64,000 nucleotides of DNA from Antedon mediterranea (taxonomy: Eukaryota > Animalia > Echinodermata): NCBI RefSeq assembly GCF_964355755.1, contig NC_092673.1:5270001-5334000 (forward strand), in the 5' to 3' direction. The notes beneath the pieces are model-generated. The model saw nothing but the letters and a program-made list of their open reading frames with translations. It was not told the DNA's origin and made no database searches. Shown here one piece after another: positions 28,257 to 40,312 of the stretch. Position numbers and translations under genes: made by a program. Within the stretch, counting starts at the first letter, position 1, and each line of letters starts with the position of its first letter.

Positions 28257-29442
28257 AGTACACTAGCTCAACATTGGCAATTAAAAATATGACCTTTGAC
28301 TTAAGATAATTTGACTTTTACTTAATGAACATGAATTCATTATTTCCTAATAGTATTCAGTTTTTCTACAATAAATCAATTATTATTAAACAATGTTCTA
28401 GCACATTAAATTCAATTGTATTCTTGTATGGGATTGATATTTTCTTTGTCTTCAATCTTTCAAGTCAAATCAAACTGCTGTATACACCAAAACCTATGCA
28501 AACCAATTATTGTTTGTTTATTTCAGTTAGTTATTACTTTCTGACTGCTGTAGATGACAATAATAGAATGCTGACATAACCTTGCTAGCCACATAAATAT
28601 GAAGAATGTGCTGGCTAATGTTTGTAGTATAGATCTGATTACAAATTCCTGCTAAAAAATAAAGCCATCCAGCTAGGATTTTGAAGAAAAAAAATGGTGG
28701 GAATGAAATGCTTTTTCTCTATTCAAAGAAACGCTAATTATTTATGTGGAATGTTGCAAAATGGTAGCCATTATGTTAATGCAAATATAACAGTTGCAGG
28801 GAAATTTTACAGTGCAACAAATTTATAGAAAATTAATACTATAAAAAATAATTGATAACACTTACTATTTATATAATAACTAAACGTCATAGGCTTACCT
28901 GAACCGACCTCAGATGTACTGTGCTATCTAATATACCTGTATAGTTATTTGAGGATAAAAATTCTTAGCAATACACAGAGTGCACGTATATCGTATCATT
29001 ATCCTTGTATGTAATTAACACAATTTATAGCATATCCCTAGATACGCAGATACGCATTATCTATTGTGTAATTAACATTTAAAAATTGTTGCACTATCTA
29101 ACTGTTCAAAGTTCAACACTGAACCGAGGAGACACAATCAATAAGTGCCTGTTACGCACGACAAGATTACAATCTGATAATTTACAACAGATATTAACGT
29201 TTCCATCACGTTGTTTGTTCAATTCTCTTCGCACACTCATCATAATATTATCAGCAGACATTGATTTTAAAATATACAGAAATAATAATAATTATCCTTA
29301 AATTATAAAAATTAATATATTTATTTAATTATAATCTTTAAATTGGTATTGGAGATCCTTACTTGTGAATTTACGATATAAACTTGAGGTCAATTTGAGG
29401 TCAATTTGATGTCAATTTGATGTCAATTCCGATCTATATTAA

Positions 29443-30147
29443 CACTTTCACTGCCAGGCATTCAATAAAGGAAGTACTATACCCCTCACCGCCAGCCATT
29501 TTAGATAAATTTACCTGTTTTTCAAAGCTCATAGCAAAGGTATTTATAATCAGAATAACATGCAATATACACTCAAATAATGAGATAGAAATAAACTTTC
29601 CAATGGTACCAAACACTTTATTGAAATAAAACTGTAATACCACATAACTGTACAAAGAACTTGGCTCACTTTTAGCACTTTAGGCTCAATCGGAGAACAA
29701 AGCAGAGACAATGAGGATTTTAGCCTGGACTGCACCGTCTGTCAGTGTCACGATTCTCAACCTATTCTACAAACTAGCCTAGGCCAGGCTAGCTAAATTA
29801 TTTATTACATTTTATAAACCAGATTTAGGTACAAATATACCTACATCATCTGGGGATAATAAATACTCATTTTCAGAGTCAGAGTCGGCAAATATTTCTG
29901 CAATTGCTTTGTCCGCAGTAAGCACATTATGTTGTTTACGGATAGGACGCGATGTAAGCCAGCTGGGGTCAATGGCACTAGGGATTAATAAAGTATCAAA
30001 ATATTTTCGGTCCAGATCGATTTGGATGTTGAAATTTCTACATGCTGTCCATATATACCTGATCTAACAAAGACGGAAATTTCCGTCTTTGGCGGTCTGG
30101 TGCTGGGCATCGAAAGACAGAGATTTCCGTCTTTGGCGGTGAAAGTG
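29443..30147. mobile_element. Non-autonomous piggyBac-like DNA transposon (705 bp)
   Basis: ttaa|CACTTTCACTGCCA ... TGGCGGTGAAAGTG|ttaa; subterminal palindromes aaagacggaaatttccgtcttt (two related copies). Confidence 0.85.
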
Positions 30148-30984
30148 TTAATGTAAATAACCTGAATATTTATCAGTGCTTCCCCTATTTTGAGGGTCTA
30201 ATGGTAATAAGAGATTTCAAAGGTATTCTTGAGTATTTTATGAGAGGGGAGGGGGGAGGAGGAAGATGGTGAATTTATTTATTAAGTTTTTTCTTTTTTT
30301 TTAACATTATTAAATACAATTTGAAAAAACACATATGAATTGAATGTGGTTAGTGTTCTATTAGACAATGAGTCACGTTTTAGGCAGAATCTAGATTGCT
30401 CAGTTTCAAAGTGAAATTTTATGTTTTATACTGTATAGGGTATATTAGCATAATGACTGGGTACAAACAAACATCCGGTCTACAATTGCTTTAAAAAGCA
30501 TGCAATGCTTATTTCGCAGGGTACAGTACTACTATACAGTACATCAATTATGACTAAAACATATTTTTATAGATCATTTTGGTGTTATGTTTACTCCACA
30601 TTAAAATTAAATATGCTACTTGCCTCAAATATATTTTGTGTGAAAAACCAATAAAGCTAAGTGGCATGGAAAAGATTTCACAATTTGTCAGACAAAGTGG
30701 TTTATTATACCCATGAATACTTGTCATAAGACATTAAATTCGTTCTTACGGCATGAACCATTGTTCCAGAAAATTGAACTTTCATTCATAAGTTCAATCA
30801 TATTTCAATACAACATATGAAAAAATATGTTTTCCCACAATATAGTAGATGAGTCTGTATCAATTCTGAATGTAGGGGAATGAGCTCATTGTACTAGGTA
30901 AGCCCATGCATTTTGTGGTGGGGTGGCCAGTTTTTTGTCATGCCACTTTTCCTGCCAATAATTAATATATCCTAAAAAAAAAAA

Positions 30985-31123
30985 AGTTTGACAAAAAAAA
31001 GTGTGAAGTGTCCAAATATGGTAGTGATATGATTATATATGGTAGTGATATGACATCATTGTGTCCATATATGGGCACATCACATTTTTTTGTCACATCA
31101 AGTTTGATAGTGTAGGCAAAGCT
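30985..31123 (+). mobile_element. MITE family A copy, left end truncated
   Basis: Family body plus right TIR agtttgatagtgtaggcaaagct|taa. Confidence 0.8.
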
Positions 31124-31732
31124 TAAAAATCACATTGCTGTCTGAATAGCGATGTCCCACAATTCTACAACTTTGAATTGAAATTGTATATTTATTGCAC
31201 CAATCATGTACTATACATTGAGACCACAAAGGACATTCACCCAGCCCTCCAAAACCACAAAATTAGGACAGGCAAACAAGTCTGCAGTCCTGTAGTTCAA
31301 ATTATGCACATAAATGAAGGGTTAGGTAATGCATGAACACTATGACTTCATTGACAAAAAAAATGTCCGATTTTAAGCAAGTCAGCTATTTATTTTATTT
31401 TCAACAGCATTTACGTCTTTTTAAGTCTGTCCTTGAACCTGTCTGTTAGTCAAGATATGTTATCGTTTTTTACATCTCTTTGTTGGATAAATGAAATCAG
31501 TTTTGTTCAAAACTGAATTGGTCTGAGACAGTAGACTTCTTGCAAAAGTAATAATATAAATTCATCTCTTTTTGATAAAACACATTGCAAAATCGATAAC
31601 AAAATAAAAGAGATACAATAAGCATTACTTTATCTGCATGGCAACCATGGTTAATGAATCAAACCAATAGAATAAAGATCAGTTGATGATATAGCAAGGT
31701 CACAGTCTTACAATTACTGTAACTACTACATG

Positions 31733-31856
31733 TATCAATTTTATGTGACAAAAAAATTTAATGTGCCCATATATAATGGACATGATGGCATATCACTACC
31801 ATATTTGGGCGCCTTACACTTTTTTGTCAAACTAGTTTGATTATGTAGACAGAGCT
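31733..31856 (-). mobile_element. MITE family A copy
   Basis: Family body plus TIR tttgattatgtagacagagct|tta. Confidence 0.8.
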
Positions 31857-31919
31857 TTACAATTTACAGTTGTTGTTCTTTAGTTGTGTTATAAAGTATT
31901 ACTATTATTTATCATGTTA

Positions 31920-32079
31920 AGCTCTGTCTACACTTATCAAACTTTATGTGGTGAAAAAATGTGATGTGCCCATACACTACATCAACGTTGTGATGTCATA
32001 TCACTATCATATTTGGGTATATCACTGCCATATTTGGACACTTCTTTTGTCAAACTAGTTTGATAGTGTAGACAGGGCT
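31920..32079 (-). mobile_element. MITE family A copy with TTA TSD
   Basis: tta|agctctgtctacact ... tgatagtgtagacagggct|tta. Confidence 0.85.
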
Positions 32080-33850
32080 TTAGAACGAATTTATAAATTC
32101 ATACAGTAGGTTGGTTCATTAACAATGACCTAGGTCATTGTACACAGGTGGCTTTAAGTATGCTCCTCAGGTGTTCTGTTGATGAAGTTGATTGAAGATA
32201 CTCAAGCAAGTCAAGTATTCAATAAACAAGATAGATGAACTGAAATACTTAGAAAACACCCATTAAAACTACAGTATAACTAAAGCTTAAAAGCATTGCT
32301 CTCAACTTCACGATCTAGGCAAAAATATATGAACAGTGTAACCGCCTTCCTCTGATTTTCGAGCAGGCTCTATATCTTGTTGGCCTTATTATGAACTGTG
32401 ACAAATGCATGACAGTTGAAAATCCTGTTATAGTTTATTTTAAATAACTCCCTTCTATGTACTTAAATTTTCCCTGGAAGAGTGCTTAATTTCATCCTCT
32501 GGGGTGTCCTTTTACGAAGTAGTTTAGAAAAAGGGGTGTAATTAGTGGGGTTGATAGGTAATCTCTTTTCTCACTCCTCAATAATGCCAACTCATAAACA
32601 TTCCCTAGTTGTAGGAAATGTACACTACATTGAGGAGTACCAGATTATATAAAGCAAAATTAAATATCTGCATTTTAAAGGTGCAGTTATGAAGGTAAAT
32701 AAAAACAAAAAGTTTACAATTCAAAGTCTAAAGTGTCACTTGCGGCAACAGGAACCAAGCCTACAAACATGTCTATGTTTACATTACTCTACTTCACTAT
32801 GTACATATTAAACTTGCTTGCTCATGCGACTCATTTTACCCACTTATAAAATATGCCATAGATTGTTTAACGAATCATCTCATTAAATTGCAATGCTATT
32901 TCATGTCTCTTGTTGCCTATTATATATTGATGCTATCTGTATTAAGATTAATGACATTATGCTATAAACAGAGATCTATCTGGAACAGATCAATCAAATG
33001 CAGCTATACTGCCGACAAATGTCCTTTCAACACATACGCTGATAGAATAACATTTTAAAACTTTTTTTTCTATTAATTCATTGTGTTTATTCATCTGTCA
33101 CCGTATGTAATAACCCCTTTATTATCATGTTTTGTTTTCCAATTGTTATTTATAAATAAAAATTTTTTATTTTATATTGTTCTTTAACATATGAAATATC
33201 ACTCTCCAATCCGAGTATGACATTTTGAAATCTAGATATTACTGTATATTATATAATATCTTAGATTTAATTAAAGCTAACTTTTGTAATTCTTTATAAC
33301 TACATTTATGAACCGAAATTAAATGTCTTTAAAATATTATTTCATAACAGATTTTTGAAACAACAAAAACAACAAATAAATGCTTTGAATAGAATTTAAT
33401 TTTTTTAGATAGAATAGAAAGCCTATATTTTCCACAATAGTATTTCTGATGTGAGTGCACCTTCCATAAAAACTTGCCATCAATATAAATTACATGCCTT
33501 CCTGTCTGATTAATCCTAAAGCCTTACTGTTGACCACTATAGGAAATAAATTAATTCACATCAAACTCCAAGGTTTTACATGTCTTTCAACCCATTGTGT
33601 TGACTCTAAATTGTGTAAATCAATTCTAATTAGTCTTTCCCAGTACAAATTATTTCAGATTTATGCATCACTATCAGTGTTTCTTTTAAGAATTCTTTTT
33701 GTTTACGAAATTGATGCATTAGGCTATTTCCAGACTTAAAATGTGAAAGTATTTAGACAATAAATTTCCTAACGCCTATCATTTAAAATAGAAGTTCCAT
33801 AATTACTCGAACTGTAAACTTATCATTGATTGTGGCAGTATGTATTCACT

Positions 33851-34152
33851 AGCGTCGTGTAGCAGTGTGTTGGACGTTGGACTACTGATCGTGAGACCGA
33901 GGTTCAAATCCAACTCTCGCCTCATTGCTTGTATCTGTAGGCAAGATACTTTATTTACGTTTGCCTCTCTCCACCCAGGTGTATAAATGGGTACCCGGTT
34001 AGATCAAGACACAACTTTGCACTGATTACTAGCTGCATTATGGAAGTATGTTTCCATACGTGTTTGATCCAAAAAATGACTGGGGTAATAATGTTCAGCG
34101 CATTGAGAGCTTGCTTATATGCGCTATATAAGAATGAACTATTATTATTATT
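33851..34152 (+). mobile_element. tRNA-derived SINE with CORE-like central domain and L2-like tail
   Basis: B box ggttcaaatcc; ggcaagatacttta..tgcctctctccacccaggtgtataaatgggtacc; tail gcgctatataagaa..(att)n. Confidence 0.8.
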
Positions 34153-34657
34153 AGCCAGTGTGTCAAAAGAGAGATTTAAATACAAGCTAGGACCTTCATA
34201 GGCACATTATGTTAATCATGGTCTGGGACATAGAATCCAATTGGCACTGCATGCGCATAGTGAATTAAAATGTTATTTACTAGGGCCCAAGTCATAACGA
34301 ATTTATAAATAACAATCAACCAGCGTGGTTATGTTTTCTTGGCTAAAATCACTACAATGAAGAGTATTTGACGCTGGTTAATCTAGACGATACTGCTTGC
34401 ATTACGAACTCTTAATGAATGATTTAACAGAGCTGACCGGCGCATATTTTTGGCTGTCTAGAAAACTCAGATCTAGAAAACTCAGACTAGACACCCCATA
34501 TTTTTTTACTAGTCCAGACTGGGGTCCAGACACAAAAATATTTACAAAGCGTAAACTGTGCGAATACTTTGGTTTCGTAATTCTATACCTATTGCGAGTA
34601 CTACGGTACATTTTGGGATAAATAAAAAATATTGACTGGTTAAAAAAAATGACATAC

Positions 34658-34774
34658 CTCATATGGTAGTATCTGTGGAGCAGTTGGAAAAGCACGGGTT
34701 CGATCATGAAAGAACTCAATAGGATTAAAATCTGATGACTCGACTCCAAGTTTGTCTTCAATTGCTTCAAAATT
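34658..34774 (-). CDS. JMJD1C: JMJD1C/KDM3 coding exon: NFEAIEDKLGVESSDFNPIEFFHDRTRAFPTAPQILPYE
   Basis: tttctttgacag| ... |gtatgt; 117 nt, phase 0-0. Aligns to the segment after WPAL (TFKPLV...VEFLVDKQLDF...QPYQ). Confidence 0.9.
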
Positions 34775-35243
34775 CTGTCAAAGAAACAAATTTAATCATA
34801 CAAATTTAATCATACAAATACTGTTATCGTACATCCATTATTTTATTATGTAATTTAATTAATCTTCTATATACATCACACTTATTCTTAATAATAGTAA
34901 TCAAAATTAATGATTGAATAATATAGCTCTGAAAGTATTTTACTAAAATTCTCTGTTTGAGCTGTTATTATGACTGTCGGTCATTGGAAATTAAACTCAT
35001 GCTAATTAATTTAATGACCTAGAAACCTCTAACGAAGACCAATTAACTACGCTCTTGTCGCGTGTAGTATCACAGTGTTATTGATTATTGCACACGCATC
35101 AGATTTGGTAGTAAAAGGTTGTAGATTTATCGCTTATTTCCTGTCTCTATTCGGTCAGGGGGGAATTTGTTTTAAAAACAATGTCTAGTCCGTCCCCTAT
35201 TTTGTGTCAACCTAAAATAGCCAAGGTTTATCGGATAGAATTA

Positions 35244-35369
35244 AGTTCTGTTTACACTATCAAAACTATTTTTGACAAAAAAATGTGTGATGTACCCAAA
35301 TATGCTGGTGATATGACATCATCGTGTCCATAATATGGGCATATCACTTTTTTTTGTGCAGACAGAGCT
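35244..35369 (+). mobile_element. MITE family A copy
   Basis: tta|agttctgtttacactatcaaa ... gcagacagagct|tta. Confidence 0.8.
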
Positions 35370-36123
35370 TTAGACTAAATACACAGGAGCTGATGGAAGC
35401 TATATTCTTTAACACAATTAATTTACAGTTTCTCTATATGATAATTAACTCTGACTAATGACCTGGCTATTATTAAGAAAGAATCATGATGGGCATATAC
35501 ACAGTGTATATGCCACAGCAAGCAATTGGCAATAATTATTAATAGAGATTTTTGTATATTTAAATTGGCATCATTTGCCATTGTTGAAATTAAATCTACT
35601 CTACAGAAATAAATACAGATCAGAAATTCATTTATTCACATGCAAATTTCAATAGTAGCAGTTAGAAGACATTTGGTCCAGATGATAGACAAAGTATGTA
35701 TATAATCATAACATAAACACTAACAGAAGCCACTTAACAAACATTCCTAAGTGTTGACGATATCCATGGTAACAGTGCCATTAGTGGTTAGATGGATAGG
35801 TGAATAAAATCAATTGACAATAATGACAGAAAGAGGATTTATGCTAATGGTTAACAGTAGCCACTGTTCTGTCTTCTAACCAATATATACCTGGAACATG
35901 CTGCTAGCGCCAGAGAACCGGCACAGCCTTGAAATATTGTCAGCCATCCACAACACCAAATGCCAAGCACAGAATAATAATTCATAGTTTTTGCACAAAA
36001 TTAGCATAGAATTCTTATAACAAAAAATGTTGTTTATATCTGAAAGGCCAATACTCAAGGATAGCATATTCACAAGTCAACTTTGGTTTCCAAAGCTCCC
36101 ATCAATTCCAGAAAATCATTATA

Positions 36124-36514
36124 GTACAGAGAGGCTCGAACCTATGCCTATCACATGCTAGTCCGATTACCTTATCATTACACCATTAAGCGTGGTTCCC
36201 ACTAGAATGCAATGCAACGTAACACAGCAACGCAAAGTGCTGTATTGCATAATCACAAGTGGGAACCGATGACGCAGTAGTGCTGCTGCAAACATCGATG
36301 CAGGAAATAAATAAGTTTGATTTCACACAACAACGCAAGGCAAAAGACACTGGACATTAGTAAAGTGCGTACTCAAAAGTATGCGGAGTGACCCAGGTCA
36401 AAATCAAGCAGGTAGGAAAGGGGAAAACACAATTATTGGAAGGAAGGGCATTTCCTTACATTGCGTAGGTTGCGTTGCATTGTGTCTCTGGTGGGAACCA
36501 CGCATTACTCTCCG
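36124..36514 (-). pseudogene. tRNA-derived segment (36508-36514 plus 36124-36188), split by a MITE
   Basis: Removing the MITE gives GGAGAGTAATGGTGTAATGATAAGGTAATCGGACTAGCATGTGATAGGCATAGGTTCGAGCCTC, with A-box-like TGGTGTAATG and B box GGTTCGAGCC. Confidence 0.6.
36189..36504. mobile_element. Harbinger-like MITE (316 bp, TTA TSD) inserted into a tRNA-derived segment
   Basis: tta|agcgtggttcccactaga..aatgcaacg ... cgttgcatt..tctggtgggaaccacgca|tta. Confidence 0.85.
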
Positions 36515-36520
36515 GTTTAT

Positions 36521-36620
36521 ATATCACTCAACGCCGTATTCCCAGATGGTCTCCCATCCAAGAATGGATATCGGTAATCTGACAAAAACCGGTGTATAGC
36601 ACTGCAGTATGCCCGTATAT
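36521..36620 (-). pseudogene. 5S rRNA-derived sequence with internal deletion (SINE3-type head or pseudogene)
   Basis: Minus strand TACGGGCATACTGCAGTGCTATACACCGGTTTTTGTCAGATTACCGA...CTTGGATGGGAGACCATCTGGGAATAC aligns with metazoan 5S rRNA; the box A region is deleted. Confidence 0.8.
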
Positions 36621-37202
36621 TGCAGATACAGTACATAACTTTTTTTTCTGATTTATAAGCAGATTCCAACAATCAAAGCATCTGTGATGATATCATCCAT
36701 CATATTCTTAGCAATCAAAAACGGATTGCAACATACAATCATACGTGTAAGTCACAAAGTGCATGGTATTTAAATTTGCAGATGTTTTATTGAAACCAAT
36801 TCATTTGAACTACCGTTTTAATGGCAACAAAATTGAAAATCTTAAATGATTATTTATTCATCCATTTATTTTCACAATATAGTATTAGTACCTTGCTGAA
36901 AATGTCTTTTTTCCCTTCACAAACAAAGTCAAAACAAGATTTAGGGAGGTGGGAAGGAAACAAAGGGTTTGTAAAAACAAGCGATTTTATGATAATTTGT
37001 TGCAAATCTTGCTACAAATTAAAATTGTTATCCAATATCGTTCAGTTTTCATGATAATATAGATACTGTACGAGAATGTTCTGGTTCTCTGGTGCAAGCA
37101 GCATGTTCCAGGTGTTACACATTTTTGTTACATTACTACTCAGCACTCATTTTCGGTCGATTTGTCATCCGTCGTACTCGAAAATGAAAAACAGAAACTT
37201 AC

Positions 37203-37361
37203 CAATGCAGGCCAAAGTATACTAGTAGCTCTGGGTGAATATGGATCGCTTCGTTTGCACCAAATAATTGTTTTTTCTACCAGAAACACTAGATTGTTTT
37301 CATCATGAACTTTGACCCAGTCACGTTTTTCCCAGTCTTGCCCATCAAATTCTACATAAAC
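37203..37361 (-). CDS. JMJD1C: JMJD1C/KDM3-family histone demethylase, internal coding exon (probably exon 2): VYVEFDGQDWEKRDWVKVHDENNLVFLVEKTIIWCKRSDPYSPRATSILWPAL
   Basis: Acceptor ttttacag| and donor |gtaagt on the minus strand; 159 nt, phase 0-0, open frame. The peptide matches the recalled JMJD1C N-terminus (VYVEFDDLEWDKREWVKV...FLVE..IWAKR.DP...IQWPAL). Confidence 0.95.
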
Positions 37362-40312
37362 CTGTAAAACATAGAAAATTAAGTATTTAGAAATAGAAAT
37401 GTTAGTATTTAATCATTGTAGCTTTGTGTATCCAAGTGCAATATGTCATTTAGGGACAGTAGAAAACTGGGTCAGTACGGGTCAGTTCATACCAAAGGAC
37501 GAAAAATGGAGTATGCCCACTCAATTTACTTGGGGTGAAAGTCTTACATAATCCTACCCTAGGCTTATACCCATCAGTTAGGTACTTGTATGTACCATAA
37601 ATATATGACCAAAAGGGCAGAAATATGTGGAAACAATTAATAAAAAGGCCTACTCAATTATTTTGGCAGATCAAGATATATTGCATTGCTTTCTGTACAA
37701 AGAGGATAAGACACAATAGTATTGAAGTGTTTCCAATTGATTTCCTGTCTGCTTTGCAATATGCAGATAAAATATGAATGAATTACAATATTTTTTATAG
37801 TGAATGACCTTTGCCAACGTTCTACACATGCTGTTATATGAATACATAAACATTTGCCTTTTAAATAAACAATACAATAAAAAAACTGCTGGTTAAAAAT
37901 AATAAAAATGCAAGGTCAATGACATACGATCCTATTTATATAGTGAATGATTTTGCCATATTATGTTTGTGAACATACTGAATTTTGTATGCTAATGTCC
38001 AGTCAGGCAAATTGAATATACAGTAGTAACTTATTAGCTGCAAAAAAAATTATGATTTTGGCTAGGCACAGTATAACAACAATTATTTTGTTAATTGATA
38101 TTACGCTAATTCTTTACTACAGTAATAGTACATTAACAATATGGTCACTTATATTATAAGTAAATGCAGTACACTGACATTTTACACACACACAAACACA
38201 GTTTTAATATGCAAAGCATGTAAAATACACATTTTTCAATGCTATCCCTTTTAACACTCAACGTCAAAAATAAGTAAAATGAAAGATCACTAAAAACATG
38301 CATGCAAGCGTGTACCACCCAAGGGGTTAGCTTATGTGAGCACAATACATAAAGCTAATGCTACATTAATCATTAATGCAAAAACTATTTAAAATGCAGA
38401 CGACATGCAAAACATCGTTCACCATTAGCAATGAAAATAACCAGTTTGTTTGTCAGGCCAACCATTTCAATGATCAATTATAAAACCTATCCAGATCTAT
38501 AATTAAACAAGCCTAATTTATTTGGAGATAAAACGAGATCATTTTTTTTTAATAATTGTGTATTCAACGTTGGATATTGAGGAGAATAACAAATTTATAA
38601 ATATCTTAATTTAATTTATGAATTTGCGGGTTTAGAAAAACTTTAAACCGTCAAGTGATATTTATACTGGAAAAATTAATTATTTTTTAATGTTAAGATG
38701 AAGAAATCTGTGAGAATAAGAAAAAGACGCATTTAAGATTCTAACATGGAATCTTCGGCTCGATATACAGACATCCTACGACTCTAGTCAACTATAGTAG
38801 GATGCTCATGATAGGGTTTTGACTTGGAATACTGACTGCTTTAAACACCATTGGTGGTTATGGTGTAACAGTACTAGTTCTCAAATGTATGCCTATCAGA
38901 TTAATTTAATTTAAATATAGATAATTTTATAGATAGTCCAGTTTAACATGCTTCTTTTATTTTTAACCCATTTGGATACGCCGATGAAATATAAAAAAAT
39001 ATATTTAGACGTTTTCTATAGTCATTTTCTATAGCCATAAAGGATACAATGTAAATCATATTCCGCCACGATTATTAAGTACTACATCCTGCAGATTTAT
39101 ACAAAGGCGTTTTTTAATTAGATTTTTACTTAAGGTCTAATATCCTTTTAGTTGATTCCTTACTCCATGGTTTATTCTAAAAACTTGATACTAATTTCCT
39201 ATATTTAATGCTATATTGACACATTCTCCAGTCAGCAACCTTTGACCTTTCAAACAACCCTTTGGCTAGTTTTAAACTACAGAGTGATCAATAATATCCC
39301 CCTTAATCAAGTCAATGTGACACGCATTAAAAACAATGAAAAACAAGTTAAATTGGGGACAGAGCCTGGAGGGCAATCAATCAACAGGCAAGCCCATATC
39401 AAGAAGCCTGTTTATGACATCATGCCAGGGTCACATGACCTTGCTGCTTAATACACTTCCATGTTTAGTTTGCCAGAAACTGTTAACCAACTGCTGGCAG
39501 CGCAACGGCTTTTGTTGCAATGATGCTCCAGCAATAATAATTGGATACTAAATGAAAATAACCCGAAACCTAATCATCAGTCCAGGAGCAGGCCATGAAC
39601 ATAGGTGCAGATTGACATACTGTATCATGATCTAGAACGCCTTGTTATTTTCATTAACAGTTAAAACTGGGACAAAAAAATAAGAGAAACAACCTTTTCA
39701 GCAATTGTCAATGGTAAGATTAAGAAAATAAACTAACTTCACAAGAGGTATTTCATACACAATGAAAGAGAGAAGGTTAACTCACTATGGGGCTAGAGGA
39801 CAAATATTACACACAAATGCCAAACCATTATTGATATAAATTAAAATCAAAATATGAAAGGTTCCTCAACAAAACGCAGAGTTGTGCTGGGTGAACGTGG
39901 GTGGGATCACTAAATGAATTTGAATTTTATTTCAAACTGAATTCTTCCACCCTTATTACAGTACACGTACGCATCAATATGATGACACCCATAAGAACAT
40001 TTCCAAGCTGCACCAACAAAAAAACAAGAACATTGGGAGTCTGGGTGAAAATTGAAGTGTTTAACGCCGTGGCCTTGAATAGCAGAAGCAACTAGAGCTC
40101 ATCCATACTGCCTACTGATAAGCTCTAAACTCATGGGAATTACTTTCAATTTGATGGCTCCTGATAGCCTTGCAGTTCATCATATCTTTTGATGAAGATT
40201 GAAAGCACATGTTTTGCAAGATTTTGGTAGCTTCCTTTCAAATCTTCTACACTAGGGCGAAAAAAACATTTGTGTTTTATTTTAGTAACAGGACAAAACA
40301 CCAAATACTTAA

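Noticed and set aside
33851-33920. Functional tRNA gene (also the head at ~59990-60070)
   Set aside because: The cloverleaf is degenerate and runs directly into SINE body and tail sequence.
34402-34770. 122-aa minus-strand ORF
   Set aside because: Overlaps the real exon 34658-34774 in the wrong frame and runs into the intron.
36521-36620. Functional 5S rRNA gene
   Set aside because: Internal deletion of box A and many substitutions; single copy here, not in an array.
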